64,000 bases of DNA from Escherichia coli O157:H7 (GTDB taxonomy: Bacteria; Pseudomonadota; Gammaproteobacteria; Enterobacterales; Enterobacteriaceae). The position numbers and the translations under genes are program-made. Positions within the stretch are counted from its first letter, which is position 1. Each line of letters opens with the position of its first letter. Location of the stretch: NCBI RefSeq assembly GCF_013167455.1, contig NZ_CP038328.1; one strand, written 5' to 3'. Below the pieces are notes generated by a model that searched no databases, was not told the origin of the DNA, and was given only the letters and a program-made list of their open reading frames with translations. Of the stretch, positions 26,002 through 44,561 are shown one piece after another.

Positions 26002-26253
26002 TAGCTTTGCTCCTGGATGTTTGCCAGAGAAAATCTCTGGAACTCACTTCACTCCTCCAAACGGAGAGAGCGTCTTAATTACGGTGAGCAGAAACAAGCC
26101 AGAATATAAAAGAATAATCTTAGCGTTCTGTCACCGTCTACGCAGGGGATTAAGTTTCTTGCGAAACTCCTGCGGTCTTCGACGGAGGCCTGGATAGGCC
26201 AGGCTCCAACGAACAAATCTTTTTAGCTGCTAACTTTCGTTAGCATACGTGGG
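26002..26253 (-). promoter_or_regulatory. rplJ (L10) mRNA leader, the autoregulatory target of the L10-(L7/L12)4 complex
   Basis: Position between the predicted PL10 promoter and the rplJ start; function from established rplJL autoregulation, not verified by folding. Confidence 0.6.
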
Positions 26254-26259
26254 GGTAAG

Positions 26260-26288
26260 ATTGTAGACAAAATCACCGCCCACGTAAA
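26260..26288 (-). promoter_or_regulatory. candidate PL10 promoter (-35 TTTACG, 17-bp spacer, -10 TACAAT)
   Basis: Hexamers read on the minus strand about 30 bp downstream of the rplA stop. Confidence 0.5.
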
Positions 26289-26292
26289 GGCA

Positions 26293-27492
<1,200 letters not shown>

Positions 27493-27587
27493 TTACGGGC
27501 AAGACCCATAAAAACAAAAGGCGCGAAATTGTATTCCAATCTCGCGCCTTGTGCAACGATTAAATCGCCGCTTTTTTGATCGCTGGG

Positions 27588-28133
27588 TTAGGCTTTTTCA
27601 ACCTGGCTGAAGTCCAGCTCTACCGGGGTCGCACGACCGAAGATAGAAACAGACACTTTCAGACGAGATTTCTCGTAATCCACTTCTTCAACAACACCGT
27701 TGAAGTCAGCGAACGGACCATCATTAACACGGACCATTTCACCCGGTTCAAACAGCGTTTTCGGACGCGGCTTATCACCAACCTGCTGCAGGCGGTTCAT
27801 AATCGCATCGACTTCTTTATCGCTGATTGGCGCAGGACGATCGGAAGTACCGCCGATGAAGCCCATCACACGCGGTACGCTGCGCACCAGGTGCCAGCTC
27901 GCGTCGTTCATCACCATCTGAACGAGGACGTAGCCAGGGAAGAATTTACGTTCGCTTTTGCGACGCTGACCGCCACGGATTTCAACCACTTCTTCGGTTG
28001 GTACCATGACTTCACCAAACAAATCTTCCATGTTGTGTAATTTGATATGCTCACGCAGCGACGTTGCTACGCGGCCTTCAAAACCGGAAAACGCCTGAAC
28101 GACGTACCAGCGCTTTTTAGGAGCTTCAGACAT
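27588..28133 (-). CDS. nusG: transcription termination/antitermination factor NusG, 181 aa
   Basis: ORF track; [73 protein letters not shown]... with NGN and KOW domains. Confidence 0.97.
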
Positions 28134-28134
28134 C

Positions 28135-28518
28135 TCAGAACCTCAGGCCAGTGATAAAGGATACCAGGCGAACCAGAATACCATCCAGTCCCCACAGGAT
28201 CAGTGACATTACTGCGGTAACCGCAGCCACAATCAGCGTGGTGTGCAATGTTTCCTGGCGAGTCGGCCAAATGACCTTACGGACTTCGGTACGCGCTTCA
28301 CGGGCAAAAGCAACGGTAGCTTTACCTTTTGTCGTTAACAGCGCGACACCACCCGCTGCAGCAATCAGAATTACTACGGCCAGCGCACGCAGCGGCAGCA
28401 TAATGTCGCGATAAAGATAGTTGCCGACAATCGCCACCAAGAGCAATGCCACCACAACGACCCACTTCATCGCTTCCAGGCCGCGCCCGCTTCCTTGAGC
28501 TTCGGTATTCGCACTCAT
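28135..28518 (-). CDS. secE: preprotein translocase subunit SecE, 127 aa
   Basis: ORF track; three TM segments; 1-nt gap to nusG. Confidence 0.95.
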
Positions 28519-28689
28519 AAACCAACCTGTCAGAAGTTTTCTACAAACATTTTCACCCCGCGATCGCGAGGCAAACCAAATCGAAACGCGTATTAGCTTT
28601 TCGGATTATACGCCCTCAACAGAGCCTGTCTCAGCAATGATTATGACAAAGAAAATCACTGATGAGCCAGGTTCTGGTACGAAAGCGTG

Positions 28690-28718
28690 CAAAAAGGGCA
28701 TCAAATGATGCCCTTTTA
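28690..28718 (-). terminator. rho-independent terminator after tufB
   Basis: AGGGCATC-aaat-GATGCCCT hairpin with flanking A-run/T-run, 3' of the tufB stop. Confidence 0.65.
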
Positions 28719-28747
28719 GTGCGCATTGCGTCAAATGTTATCGGCAA

Positions 28748-29968
<1,221 letters not shown>

Positions 29969-30046
29969 TCACCACATCAACCAGGCAACATGCCCGACTT
30001 GTTGAATGCAATAAACAGAAGGAAAAAACAGGGAGGAGAAAAGAAG

Positions 30047-30122
30047 TGGTGCTGATAGGCAGATTCGAACTGCCGACCTCACCCTTACCAAGGGTGCGCT
30101 CTACCAACTGAGCTATATCAGC
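30047..30122 (-). tRNA. thrT: tRNA-Thr (anticodon GGU)
   Basis: Reverse complement reads GCTGATATAGCTCAGTTGGTAGAGCGCACCCTTGGTAAGGGTGAGGTCGGCAGTTCGAATCTGCCTATCAGCACCA. Confidence 0.95.
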
Positions 30123-30128
30123 ACATCT

Positions 30129-30203
<75 letters not shown>

Positions 30204-30319
30204 ATCCTGGAACTCGGCTACCTGATTTTCATTCTGCACTGAATATCGAGAGAAGCTCTCTTTATTCGAGCCGGTAAGCGAACTTATCGTCTCGGGCTAC
30301 GCCATCGCGTGGCCGAAAT

Positions 30320-30404
<85 letters not shown>

Positions 30405-30412
30405 GGACTTGA

Positions 30413-30488
<76 letters not shown>

Positions 30489-30849
30489 ATCAAGTAGCGC
30501 GCATTCTATGGAGACATGCGAGTTCATGCAACTAAAAAATTGCATAATTTGTTTTATTGGTCACATTTTATGCGACACGATGAAGAAACAGCCGAATGGA
30601 GGGCAGATTAGCACACTTTTTCAACATCATTGTGCTCAACAATGCGCTCCTGCTAAACCATAATTCTTTTTATCAGATGGAATATCTGTCACATTGCTTT
30701 TCAACGATAGCTTCCTGGGAGAGATTTTTTCTTATTATTCCTCCCCATCTGGTGTTACCCTCCTGCCCATTAACCCATTCAACAGAACTGTGACGCGCCA
30801 TGGCAAATATCGCTTTGCCGATAGAGCTATGACCGCCAGAAACATGCTT

Positions 30850-31800
30850 ATGAGTATAAAAGAGCAAACGTTAATGACGCCTTACCTACAGTTTGACCGC
30901 AACCAGTGGGCAGCTCTGCGTGATTCCGTACCTATGACGTTATCGGAAGATGAGATCGCCCGTCTCAAAGGTATTAATGAAGATCTCTCGTTAGAAGAAG
31001 TTGCCGAGATCTATTTACCTCTGTCACGTTTGCTGAACTTCTATATAAGCTCGAATCTGCGCCGTCAGGCAGTTCTGGAACAGTTTCTTGGTACCAACGG
31101 GCAACGCATTCCTTACATTATCAGTATTGCTGGTAGTGTCGCGGTGGGGAAAAGTACAACCGCCCGTGTATTGCAGGCACTATTAAGCCGTTGGCCGGAA
31201 CATCGTCGTGTTGAACTGATCACTACAGATGGCTTCCTTCACCCTAATCAGGTTCTGAAAGAACGTGGTCTGATGAAGAAGAAAGGCTTCCCGGAATCGT
31301 ATGATATGCATCGCCTGGTGAAGTTTGTTTCCGATCTCAAGTCCGGCGTGCCAAACGTTACAGCCCCTGTTTACTCGCATCTTATTTATGATGTGATCCC
31401 GGATGGAGATAAAACTGTTGTTCAGCCTGATATTTTAATTCTTGAAGGGTTAAATGTCTTACAGAGCGGGATGGATTATCCACACGATCCACATCATGTA
31501 TTTGTTTCTGATTTTGTCGATTTTTCGATATATGTTGATGCACCGGAAGACTTACTTCAGACATGGTATATCAACCGTTTTCTGAAATTCCGCGAAGGGG
31601 CTTTTACAGACCCGGATTCCTATTTTCATAACTACGCGAAATTAACTAAAGAAGAAGCTATTAAGACTGCCATGACGTTGTGGAAAGAGATCAACTGGCT
31701 GAACTTAAAGCAAAATATTCTACCTACTCGCGAGCGCGCCAGTTTAATCCTGACGAAAAGTGCTAATCATGCGGTAGAAGAGGTCAGACTACGCAAATAA
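30850..31800 (+). CDS. coaA: pantothenate kinase (type I), 316 aa
   Basis: Canonical start [20 protein letters not shown] at 30850 (the ORF-track start at 30694 is an upstream extension); P-loop GSVAVGKST. Confidence 0.95.
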
Positions 31801-31828
31801 TTTGCAGGGGAGCTAATGCTCCCCTTTC

Positions 31829-32794
31829 TTATTTTTCTGCACTACGCAGGGATATTTCACCGCCCATCCAGGGTTTTATTATTCCATCCTGCTCAAGCAA
31901 TAAAGCGCCTTGTTTGTCTATTCCGCGTGAAATGCCAAATATTTCTTTATCACCAATGATAAGTTTCACTGGGCGATTAATAAAATTATCCAGCTTTTCC
32001 CAGCGCGAAAGATAAGGTGCCAATCCTTCTTGTTCGAAGAGTTCCAGCGCCGCGCGTAATTCACGTATTAGCATGGCCGCCAACGTATTACGATCGAGAT
32101 TGATCCCCGCTTCCTGCAGCGTGATCCACCCCTGATTAACGACACTCTCTTCAACACGACGCATTGCCATGTTGATCCCGGCTCCAATGACTATTTGCGC
32201 CGCATCGCCGGTTTTGCCAGTCAGCTCCACAAGAATGCCTGCCAGCTTGCGATCCTGCAGATAGAGGTCATTAGGCCATTTGACACGAACTTTATCTGCT
32301 CCCAGCTTGCGTAATACTTCCGCCATCACGATACCGATAACCAGACTTAAACCAATCGCCGCCGCCGGGCCTTGTTCCAGACGCCAGAACATCGACAAAT
32401 ATAAGTTTGCGCCAAAAGGCGAAAACCATTTCCGACCCCGGCGACCACGGCCAGCCTGCTGGTATTCTGCAACGCAGGCATCGCCCGATTTAAGCTCTCC
32501 GATACGATCAAGAAGGTACTGATTCGTGGAGTCAATCACTGGCAGCACAGTTACACTACCGCCATCCAGCTGACCCAATATCTGTTCAGCATTAAGTAAC
32601 TGGATAGGCTCAGGCAGGCTGTATCCTTTACCCGGAACGGTAAAGACATCAACGCCCCAGTCACGCAGTGTCTGAATGTGTTTATTAATAGCCGCCCGGC
32701 TCATTCCTAACGTTTCACCCAACTGCTCACCTGAGTGAAATTCGCCATTCGCTAACAGCGCGATTAATTTCAGTGGCACGGTGTTATCCTTCAT
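31829..32794 (-). CDS. birA: biotin-protein ligase / bio operon repressor, 321 aa
   Basis: ORF track; N-terminal HTH, GRGRRGR biotin-binding loop. Confidence 0.95.
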   Translation of the reverse strand: MKDNTVPLKLIALLANGEFHSGEQLGETLGMSRAAINKHIQTLRDWGVDVFTVPGKGYSLPEPIQLLNAEQILGQLDGGSVTVLPVIDSTNQYLLDRIGELKSGDACVAEYQQAGRGRRGRKWFSPFGANLYLSMFWRLEQGPAAAIGLSLVIGIVMAEVLRKLGADKVRVKWPNDLYLQDRKLAGILVELTGKTGDAAQIVIGAGINMAMRRVEESVVNQGWITLQEAGINLDRNTLAAMLIRELRAALELFEQEGLAPYLSRWEKLDNFINRPVKLIIGDKEIFGISRGIDKQGALLLEQDGIIKPWMGGEISLRSAEK

Positions 32795-33819
32795 GAAATT
32801 GTCTCCACTGCGCTCACTTCACCTGATGCACCAATAAAGCGGACTTCAGGCTCAAGCCAGACATTAAATTTTTCACCCACTTTTTGTCTTACATGGTGTG
32901 CCAGTTGCACCACATCTTCGCTTTTTGCATTGTCTTCATTAATGAGAACTAACGCCTGTTGACGGTGCACCGCAACCCCACCCATTTGCATCCCTTTTAG
33001 CTGGCACTGATCGATAAGCCAACCTGCTGCCAGTTTTACTGAACCATCCGCCTGGGGGTAATTTGGTGCTGTTGGAAATTGTGACAGTAATGCTTTAGCC
33101 GTTTCGGCAGATACAACAGGGTTTTTGAAGAAACTACCGGCATTGCCATTCACTTTTGGATCAGGGAGTTTGGTGGTGCGCATATGACACACCGCATCAA
33201 ATACTTGCTGTGGCGTTACTGTTGTAGGATCCAGACGAGTTAAGTCACCATACGTTAGTACAGGTTGCCACTCTTTTGGCAGACGCAGACCTACGGCTAC
33301 AATGGCGAAGCGGTCCTGGTATTCATGTTTAAAAATACTGTCGCGATAGCCAAAACGGCACTCTTTGGCAGTTAAGCGCACTTGCTTGCCTGTCGCCAGT
33401 TCAACACAATCAACATAAGCGCAAACTCGCTGTAATTCTACGCCATAAGCACCAATATTCTGGATAGGTGATGAGCCGACACAACCAGGAATTAATGCCA
33501 GATTTTCCAGACCAGGCATACCTTCCTGCAAAGTGTATTTTACCAGGCGATGCCAGTTTTCTCCGGCTCCTACATGTAAATACCACGCATCAGGTTCATC
33601 ATGAATTTCGATACCTTTGATCCGGTTGATGATCACCGTGCCGCGATAGTCTTCCAGAAAAAGTACATTACTTCCTTCACCCAGAATAAGAACGGGTTGC
33701 CCTTCTGCGGTTGCATGCTGCCAGGCATTGAGTAGTTGTTGTTCGTCTTCGGCACATACAATGTGCTGAGCATTATGATCAATGCCAAATGTGTTCCAGG
33801 GTTTTAAGGAGTGGTTCAT
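32791..33819 (-). CDS. murB: UDP-N-acetylenolpyruvoylglucosamine reductase, 342 aa
   Basis: ORF track; FAD-binding MurB; 4-nt overlap with birA. Confidence 0.95.
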   Translation of the reverse strand: MNHSLKPWNTFGIDHNAQHIVCAEDEQQLLNAWQHATAEGQPVLILGEGSNVLFLEDYRGTVIINRIKGIEIHDEPDAWYLHVGAGENWHRLVKYTLQEGMPGLENLALIPGCVGSSPIQNIGAYGVELQRVCAYVDCVELATGKQVRLTAKECRFGYRDSIFKHEYQDRFAIVAVGLRLPKEWQPVLTYGDLTRLDPTTVTPQQVFDAVCHMRTTKLPDPKVNGNAGSFFKNPVVSAETAKALLSQFPTAPNYPQADGSVKLAAGWLIDQCQLKGMQMGGVAVHRQQALVLINEDNAKSEDVVQLAHHVRQKVGEKFNVWLEPEVRFIGASGEVSAVETIS

Positions 33820-33910
33820 AGCTGCTTTCCTGATGCAAAAACGAGGCTAGTTTACCGTATCTGTGGGGGGATGGCTTGTAGTTATGACGACAGGGAGAGT
33901 TTGTAGAAAC

Positions 33911-33942
33911 GCAAAAAGGCCCAGTCTTCCGACCGGGCCTTC
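33911..33942 (-). terminator. rrn operon terminator (single hairpin) downstream of the 5S rRNA
   Basis: Minus-strand AGGCCCGGTCGGAAGACTGGGCCT hairpin followed by TTTTTGCGTTTC. Confidence 0.6.
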
Positions 33943-33953
33943 TGCTTAATTTG

Positions 33954-34073
33954 ATGCCTGGCAGTTCCCTACTCTCGCATGGGGAGACCCCACACTACCA
34001 TCGGCGCTACGGCGTTTCACTTCTGAGTTCGGCATGGGGTCAGGTGGGACCACCGCGCTAAGGCCGCCAGGCA
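33954..34073 (-). rRNA. rrfB: 5S ribosomal RNA, 120 nt
   Basis: Reverse complement matches E. coli 5S (TGCCTGGCGGCC...GGGAACTGCCAGGCAT) with one variant base near the 5' end. Confidence 0.95.
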
Positions 34074-34166
34074 AATTCTGTTTTATCAGACCGCTTCTGC
34101 GTTCTGATTTAATCTGTATCAGGCCGAAAATCTTCTCTCATCCGCCAAAACACCTTCGGCGTTGTA

Positions 34167-37070
<2,904 letters not shown>

Positions 37071-37263
37071 TCACAACCCGAAGATGTTTCTTTCGATTCA
37101 TCATCGTGTTGCGAAAATTTGAGAGACTCACGAACAACTCTCGTTGTTCAGTGTTTCAATTTTCAGCTTGATCCAGATTTTTAAAGAGCAAATATCTCAA
37201 ACATCACCCGAAGATGAGTTTTGAGATATTAAGGTCGGCGACTTTCACTCACAAACCAGCAAG

Positions 37264-37339
37264 TGGCGTCCCCTAGGGGATTCGAACCCCTGTTACCGCC
37301 GTGAAAGGGCGGTGTCCTGGGCCTCTAGACGAAGGGGAC
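37264..37339 (-). tRNA. gltT: spacer tRNA-Glu (anticodon UUC)
   Basis: Reverse complement reads GTCCCCTTCGTCTAGAGGCCCAGGACACCGCCCTTTCACGGCGGTAACAGGGGTTCGAATCCCCTAGGGGACGCCA. Confidence 0.95.
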
Positions 37340-37424
37340 GTATCAGTCTGCTTCGCAAGACGCCTTGCTTTTCACTTTCTATCAGACAATCTGTGTGAGC
37401 ACTGCAAAGTACGCTTCTTTAAGG

Positions 37425-38966
<1,542 letters not shown>

Positions 38967-39097
38967 AAAAGTTTGATGCTCAAAGAATTAAACTTCGTAA
39001 TGAATTACGTGTTCACTCTTGAGACTTGGTATTCATTTTTCGTCTTGCGACGTTAAGAATCCGTATCTTCGAGTGCCCACACAGATTGTCTGATAAA

Positions 39098-39110
39098 TTG
39101 TTAAAGAGCA
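39098..39110 (-). promoter_or_regulatory. rrn leader boxA antitermination element (TGCTCTTTAACAA)
   Basis: Exact boxA consensus on the minus strand in the 16S leader. Confidence 0.7.
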
Positions 39111-39139
39111 GTTGCGACGCGGCTTTCAGCTCACTGTCG

Positions 39140-39180
39140 CGAGGTGGCGTATATTACGCTTTCCCGCTACAGAGTCAAGC
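39140..39180 (-). promoter_or_regulatory. rrn P2 promoter (-35 TTGACT)
   Basis: Minus-strand GCTTGACTCTGTAGCGGGAAAGCGTAATATAC. Confidence 0.6.
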
Positions 39181-39254
39181 ATTTATTTTTGCTTTCTCTG
39201 TCGGAATTCTCAGGAGAACCCCGCTGACCCGGCGGCGTGTTTGCCGTTGTTCCG

Positions 39255-39320
39255 TGTCAGTGGTGGCGCATTATAGGGAGTTATTCCGGCCTGACAAGAG
39301 GAAATTTAAAATAATTTTCC
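39255..39320 (-). promoter_or_regulatory. rrn P1 promoter with UP element (-35 TTGTCA, -10 TATAAT, A/T-rich UP element upstream)
   Basis: Minus-strand GGAAAATTATTTTAAATTTCCTCTTGTCAGGCCGGAATAACTCCCTATAATGCGCCACCACTG matches the rrnB P1 sequence as I remember it. Confidence 0.8.
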
Positions 39321-39342
39321 GACCGCGCAACATTCAACCAAA

Positions 39343-40200
39343 TCAGCCTAAAACTGCCAGTTTTTCGAGCGTTTCGAAGCCGTAACGCTGTAAAACGGGC
39401 AATAATTGTTCAGCTTCTGGCGTCATTGCCATACAAAAGGCAATATTCGCATCGGCAGATTTTGCATCCGGGGCTTCATGTTCTAACAACCAGGCCGTTC
39501 GGCGAGCAATCGCTGCGCCAGAATCCACCAGCCGGGTTCCCTCTGGCAGCACTTGTAACAGTTCTTCTTGTAGTAGAGGGAAATGGGTGCAACCCAATAC
39601 AACGGTATCTGGCGGCTCTTTCATTCTTAACCACGGGCGTAGGATACGTTTTAGTGCATCCAGAGAAACATCTTCGCCATGCAGCTTCGCTTCAGCCAAC
39701 TCAACCATCTCTGCCGAGCCCAGCATTTCTATCTGGCATTCATTAGCGAAACGCGCGATCAGCTCATGAGTATAAGAACGTTTAACTGTTCCGCGGGTTG
39801 CCAGTAATCCGACAATGCCATTTGCCGTCAGACGTGCAGCAGGTTTAATCGCCGGCACGACACCAACAACCGGGAAGTCGAACTTTTCGCGTAATGCAGG
39901 AAGTGAAACGGTACTGGCAGTGTTGCAAGCGACCACAGCCAGCGCAAGGGGATAACGTTCTTGCACCGCGGTGACAATTGCCACCACTCGCTCAACAATA
40001 AACGCTTCGCTTTTTTCGCCATACGGGAAAGCGACGTTATCGAAAGCATAAATGTAATGGAGATCCGGTAAGAGATGCCGGATCTCGTCATAGACCGACA
40101 ACCCACCGACGCCGGAGTCAAACACCAGCACGGTGGGACGTGGTTCAGAAGGTGTAGCTGCCAGACAAGGTGTATTCCCGTCCTGCAGTTTGGTAGCCAT
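39343..40200 (-). CDS. murI: glutamate racemase, 285 aa
   Basis: ORF 39343..40212; likely start MATKLQDG at 40200; [11 protein letters not shown] motif; 5' end overlaps the btuB 3' end by 56 bp. Confidence 0.93.
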   Translation of the reverse strand: MATKLQDGNTPCLAATPSEPRPTVLVFDSGVGGLSVYDEIRHLLPDLHYIYAFDNVAFPYGEKSEAFIVERVVAIVTAVQERYPLALAVVACNTASTVSLPALREKFDFPVVGVVPAIKPAARLTANGIVGLLATRGTVKRSYTHELIARFANECQIEMLGSAEMVELAEAKLHGEDVSLDALKRILRPWLRMKEPPDTVVLGCTHFPLLQEELLQVLPEGTRLVDSGAAIARRTAWLLEHEAPDAKSADANIAFCMAMTPEAEQLLPVLQRYGFETLEKLAVLG

Positions 40201-41989
40201 AGACTGTCTCATAATCTTTGTCGAACAGGTTGGCTATTTTACCACGAACTGTCAGGTGAGAGGTGACCGGATACGCAACCGCAAGATCCCACAAGCTCAC
40301 ACCGCCCATTTTAACGGTTTGATAAGGATAAGATGAGTAATCCTTATCATAGCGAGTGCCTAAATACTGATAAGTAATACCCCAGTCGAAGTCATACAAC
40401 TGCCAGTCGAGCTGGTATTTCACCTGCTGTTTAGCACGGCGTAACAACGGCGTGTCGGTAATTGCATTGCGCGCATCGACATAATCATAACTCACAGTAT
40501 GCGTCAGTGGTCCGGTATCAAAATTGGCGGTCGCCTCGACGCCCTTAATCCGCGCTTTCCCTTCGTTGTAATATTTCAGGGTGTGATCATCATAATCGAT
40601 CAAGTCACTGACATCGTTACGATATCCGGAAATACGCCAGTTCACCCCAGCGGTTAAGCCTTCAAACGCGCCTTCCCACTGTTTGCTTTTCTCCGGGTCC
40701 AGATTCGGATTTCCGTAGAAGCCATACAGTTGCCCCAGATTTGGTGCCTTATAAGATGTCCCGTAGGAAGCAATGAAGCGATAACCTTCGATGAATTCCC
40801 AACCGGCGCTGGTTTGCCAGGTTCCATGACGACCAAACTGTGAGTTATCGTCGCTGCGTGCTGCGCCTTCAAAGGTAAAATCGCCGACTTGTTGCAGCCC
40901 GGTCAGATAGATGCCGGTATTACGTTGATCATATCCATCCTTAACATAAGCTGTGCCCGGTGCCGTGCTCTGCTTCTGCCAGTCAACACCCGCACCAACA
41001 TTACCGTGGCCAATGATGATGTTGTTTGCCCACTGGACGGTGTATTGCTTCATCTCATCGAGCGTCGCCGACGAATCATAACGACCATAATGGGGATCGT
41101 AGTTGTAATCTTTGCTATGGCTATAGCTGGTAATGAGTTGTGATTTAATCAGTTCGCCGTTATATCGCAGCCCGGCGTCCCAACTTTGACTATAGAGTTT
41201 ACGGGTATCGACCAATGGTGAACCCGGAGAATAATACGCGTCATAATTGGTACGGTTATCATAGCCATAGCCGCGCACAAAGCCGCTCCAGGCATCAGTA
41301 AAGTTATGCTCCAGCGCGCCATAAAGCGTTTTACTTAAAAAACCATCGTTATCTGGCTGCGCTTGCGTTCCGGTATTACCATAGGCAACAACATCATAAC
41401 CATGAGTATGGGCATAATCGCCCAACAACGTTACTCGTGTCTTATCCCCCAGTTGTTGCTGTGTAGAGACATCATAGTTTTGATAACTATTGCTTCCCCA
41501 CCCTGCTGAAATTTCCGTTCCGGGTTCATCGCGCGTCGTGATGATATTCACCACCCCACCTATTGCATCGGAACCATAAACGGCGGAGCGTGGCCCACGG
41601 ATATATTCAACACGCTGGACAAGCGCAATAGGGAACTGGCTAAGGTCGGCAGAACCACTCCCCCCCGCCAGATTCAGGCGTACGCCATCAATTAACACCA
41701 ACACATGACTGGCATTTGTACCGCGAATAAAAATAGATGAGAGCTGACCTGAACCGCCGTTTTGGGTGATATCGACGCCCGGAAGACGGCGCAGCACATC
41801 ATTAACCGAGGTCGACTGCCAGCGGTCGATATCCTGACGCGTCACAACGGTGGTTGGTGCAAGCACAGTGCTGCGCGGCTGTTCAAAACGGTTAGCAGTA
41901 ACGACGAGAGTATCCGGGCTGGTATCCTGTGCCCAAGCGGAAAAGGCTGTGACAGAACACGCCGTCAGCAGCGAAGCTTTTTTAATCAT
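40145..41989 (-). CDS. btuB: TonB-dependent outer-membrane vitamin B12 receptor, 614 aa
   Basis: Start [20 protein letters not shown] (signal peptide) at 41989; TonB box DTLVVTANR; C-terminal ...YTLSGSYTF; the ORF-track start at 42034 is an upstream extension. Confidence 0.95.
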   Translation of the reverse strand: MIKKASLLTACSVTAFSAWAQDTSPDTLVVTANRFEQPRSTVLAPTTVVTRQDIDRWQSTSVNDVLRRLPGVDITQNGGSGQLSSIFIRGTNASHVLVLIDGVRLNLAGGSGSADLSQFPIALVQRVEYIRGPRSAVYGSDAIGGVVNIITTRDEPGTEISAGWGSNSYQNYDVSTQQQLGDKTRVTLLGDYAHTHGYDVVAYGNTGTQAQPDNDGFLSKTLYGALEHNFTDAWSGFVRGYGYDNRTNYDAYYSPGSPLVDTRKLYSQSWDAGLRYNGELIKSQLITSYSHSKDYNYDPHYGRYDSSATLDEMKQYTVQWANNIIIGHGNVGAGVDWQKQSTAPGTAYVKDGYDQRNTGIYLTGLQQVGDFTFEGAARSDDNSQFGRHGTWQTSAGWEFIEGYRFIASYGTSYKAPNLGQLYGFYGNPNLDPEKSKQWEGAFEGLTAGVNWRISGYRNDVSDLIDYDDHTLKYYNEGKARIKGVEATANFDTGPLTHTVSYDYVDARNAITDTPLLRRAKQQVKYQLDWQLYDFDWGITYQYLGTRYDKDYSSYPYQTVKMGGVSLWDLAVAYPVTSHLTVRGKIANLFDKDYETVYGYQTAGREYTLSGSYTF

Positions 41990-42235
41990 TGTAAAGCATC
42001 CACAATAGAAGAAGGATGCCGCAGGTTTCATCAATATTACGCGATGATGAGAACCAGATGCGACGTTGGCCGGCAGGTCTTCGGGCTTGGAGGGGTATCT
42101 AAGATACTAAGAGATGATGACTTCCCACCGAATGGCAGTGTCCGCATAACGCAATCATCGCACCTTTCCTTACCGCTGCGCGTCAGCTCCAGATTCGCAC
42201 TGGATTCCCTATTAACTCACAGGACCGGCAAGTGG
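41990..42235 (-). promoter_or_regulatory. cobalamin (AdoCbl) riboswitch in the btuB leader
   Basis: B12-box AAGCCCGAAGACCTGCCGGCC on the minus strand (plus-strand 42066-42088) within about 240 nt upstream of btuB. Confidence 0.8.
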
Positions 42236-42357
42236 ATGCTACAGGTTGTAACAAGTTACTGTCCAGACGTAGCTCACAAATAGGAATTCATCAAGATCTG
42301 GACATCTGATGAGCAATCCCTACAATCGCCGCGTACTTTAATTTTTCAGGATACATC

Positions 42358-43458
42358 ATGACCCCCGAACACCTTCCAACAGAACAGTATGAAGCGCAGT
42401 TAGCCGAAAAAGTGGTACGTTTGCAAAGTATGATGGCACCGTTTTCTGACCTGGTTCCGGAAGTGTTTCGCTCGCCGGTCAGTCATTACCGGATGCGTGC
42501 GGAGTTCCGCATCTGGCACGATGGCGATGACCTGTACCACATCATTTTCGATCAACAAACCAAAAGCCGTATCCGGGTGGATAGCTTCCCCGCCGCCAGT
42601 GAACTCATCAACCAGTTGATGACGGCGATGATTGCGGGTGTGCGTAATAATCCCGTTCTGCGCCACAAGTTGTTCCAGATTGATTACCTCACCACGCTGA
42701 GTAATCAGGCGGTGGTTTCCCTGCTGTACCATAAAAAGCTGGATGATGAGTGGCGTCAGGAAGCGGAAGCCCTGCGCGATGCACTGCGCGCGCAGAATCT
42801 GAATGTGCATCTGATTGGTCGGGCAACGAAAACCAAAATCGCGCTGGATCAAGATTACATCGACGAGCGTCTGCCGGTCGCAGGGAAAGAGATGATCTAT
42901 CGTCAGGTAGAAAACAGCTTTACCCAGCCGAACGCGGCGATGAATATTCAGATGCTGGAATGGGCGCTGGACGTAACCAAAGGCTCAAAAGGCGATTTAC
43001 TGGAGCTGTACTGCGGCAACGGTAACTTCTCATTAGCGCTGGCGCGCAATTTTGATCGGGTATTAGCCACCGAAATCGCCAAGCCATCAGTCGCTGCCGC
43101 GCAATACAACATTGCCGCTAACCATATTGATAACGTACAAATTATTCGTATGGCGGCAGAAGAATTTACTCAGGCGATGAATGGCGTGCGCGAGTTTAAC
43201 CGCCTGCAAGGGATCGACTTAAAGAGTTATCAGTGCGAAACCATTTTTGTCGACCCACCTCGCAGCGGTCTGGACAGTGAAACCGAGAAAATGGTGCAGG
43301 CGTATCCACGTATTCTGTATATCTCCTGCAATCCGGAAACGTTATGCAAAAATCTGGAAACATTAAGCCAGACGCACAAGGTCGAACGTCTGGCTCTGTT
43401 TGATCAGTTCCCCTACACGCACCATATGGAGTGCGGCGTATTACTGACCGCGAAGTAA
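42358..43458 (+). CDS. trmA: tRNA (uracil54-C5)-methyltransferase, 366 aa
   Basis: ORF track; SAM-dependent methyltransferase with YCGNGNFS motif. Confidence 0.95.
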   Translation: MTPEHLPTEQYEAQLAEKVVRLQSMMAPFSDLVPEVFRSPVSHYRMRAEFRIWHDGDDLYHIIFDQQTKSRIRVDSFPAASELINQLMTAMIAGVRNNPVLRHKLFQIDYLTTLSNQAVVSLLYHKKLDDEWRQEAEALRDALRAQNLNVHLIGRATKTKIALDQDYIDERLPVAGKEMIYRQVENSFTQPNAAMNIQMLEWALDVTKGSKGDLLELYCGNGNFSLALARNFDRVLATEIAKPSVAAAQYNIAANHIDNVQIIRMAAEEFTQAMNGVREFNRLQGIDLKSYQCETIFVDPPRSGLDSETEKMVQAYPRILYISCNPETLCKNLETLSQTHKVERLALFDQFPYTHHMECGVLLTAK

Positions 43459-43497
43459 AACCCATGCCGGATGCGCCAGCATCCGGCATGATACCGA

Positions 43498-43857
43498 TTA
43501 CTCAGCAACTTCCTGCTTACGGTTACGCATCTTCGCGCCAATCCAGAACACCATAATGACGGAGAGTACTGCCGGGAAGAAGTTAGAGCCGATATCCGGA
43601 TATTCCGCACGAACTACCGTGCTGTACAGCAGTACGCCGAGAATAAAACAGGCAGCTGCCAGACCCGGCAAGCCTACCGGCATGGTGCGATTAAGATAAC
43701 GTTGATGCAGGCAGTAAACCGTCAGCACCAGGGAAATAATCGGGAATACAGAAAATGGCACAATGGAGCTAAACAGCGCTGCGAAAGTACCATTAATCGA
43801 TAAGCCAGCAACCAACGCCAGCAGCAGCGTACCTCTATCTTGATTTGCTTGTTTCAT
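43498..43857 (-). CDS. yijD: small inner-membrane protein, 119 aa
   Basis: ORF track; hydrophobic helices; start abuts the fabR stop. Confidence 0.9.
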
Positions 43858-44561
43858 TACTCGTCCTTCACATTTCCCGGAATAATTGCGGTTTTCTCTT
43901 GTTCACGGCGATACCAGTAATAAGCCCCTTTCGAAATCATTCGCAGTTGCAGTACCAGTCGCTCTTCTAATTGCCGACGTTGTTCAACGCCGACGTCCAA
44001 CGCCTCGGCACCCGCACTGAAGACAATTGTCACCATTGCTTCGGCTTGCGCTTCAGTAAACGCACGCGGCATATGGTTTTCGAGTTCCAGATAGTCCGCA
44101 AGTTCCGCAATGAAGTGCTGAATTTCACGCGCAACGGCGGCACGAAACGCAGCGGAGGTGCCGGAGCGTTCCCGCAATAATAACCGGAAGGCGTTAGGAT
44201 TATTACCGATGAACTCCATAAATGTGGAGACCGAGGTGCGGATCACACTCCCGCCTTTGGCGATACGCTGACGCGCCTGGCGCATGAGTTGGCGTAGCAT
44301 TAAACCGCTCTCATCAACCATGGTCAGACCCAGTTCGTCTACGTCTCGGAAATGCCGATAAAAAGAGGTGGGAGCAATGCCCGCTTCACGCGCCACTTCA
44401 CGCAAACTCAGGCTGGCGAAGCTGCGTTCAGCACTTAATTGGCTAAATGCGGCTTCCACCAGCGAACGGCGGGTTTTTTCTTTTTGTTGCGCTCTTACGC
44501 CCATCACGATGTCTGAATCCTTGCCAAAAGTACTGCTGGCACTATACCAGAGAATGAACAT
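43857..44561 (-). CDS. fabR: TetR-family repressor of unsaturated fatty-acid synthesis (start ambiguous: 44504, 44561 or 44600)
   Basis: ORF 43857..44600; Tet[23 protein letters not shown]; in-frame candidate starts MGVRAQ (44504) and MFILWY (44561). Confidence 0.88.

Noticed and set aside
40145-40200. Gene overlaps: murI/btuB 56-bp overlap and oxyR/sthA convergent 18-bp overlap (48849-48866)
   Set aside because: Both are arrangements I recall as present in K-12, not novel features.
41762-42283. 173-aa plus-strand ORF spanning the btuB upstream region
   Set aside because: The region is the btuB cobalamin-riboswitch leader (B12 box present on the minus strand); the ORF lacks an RBS and any domain signature.
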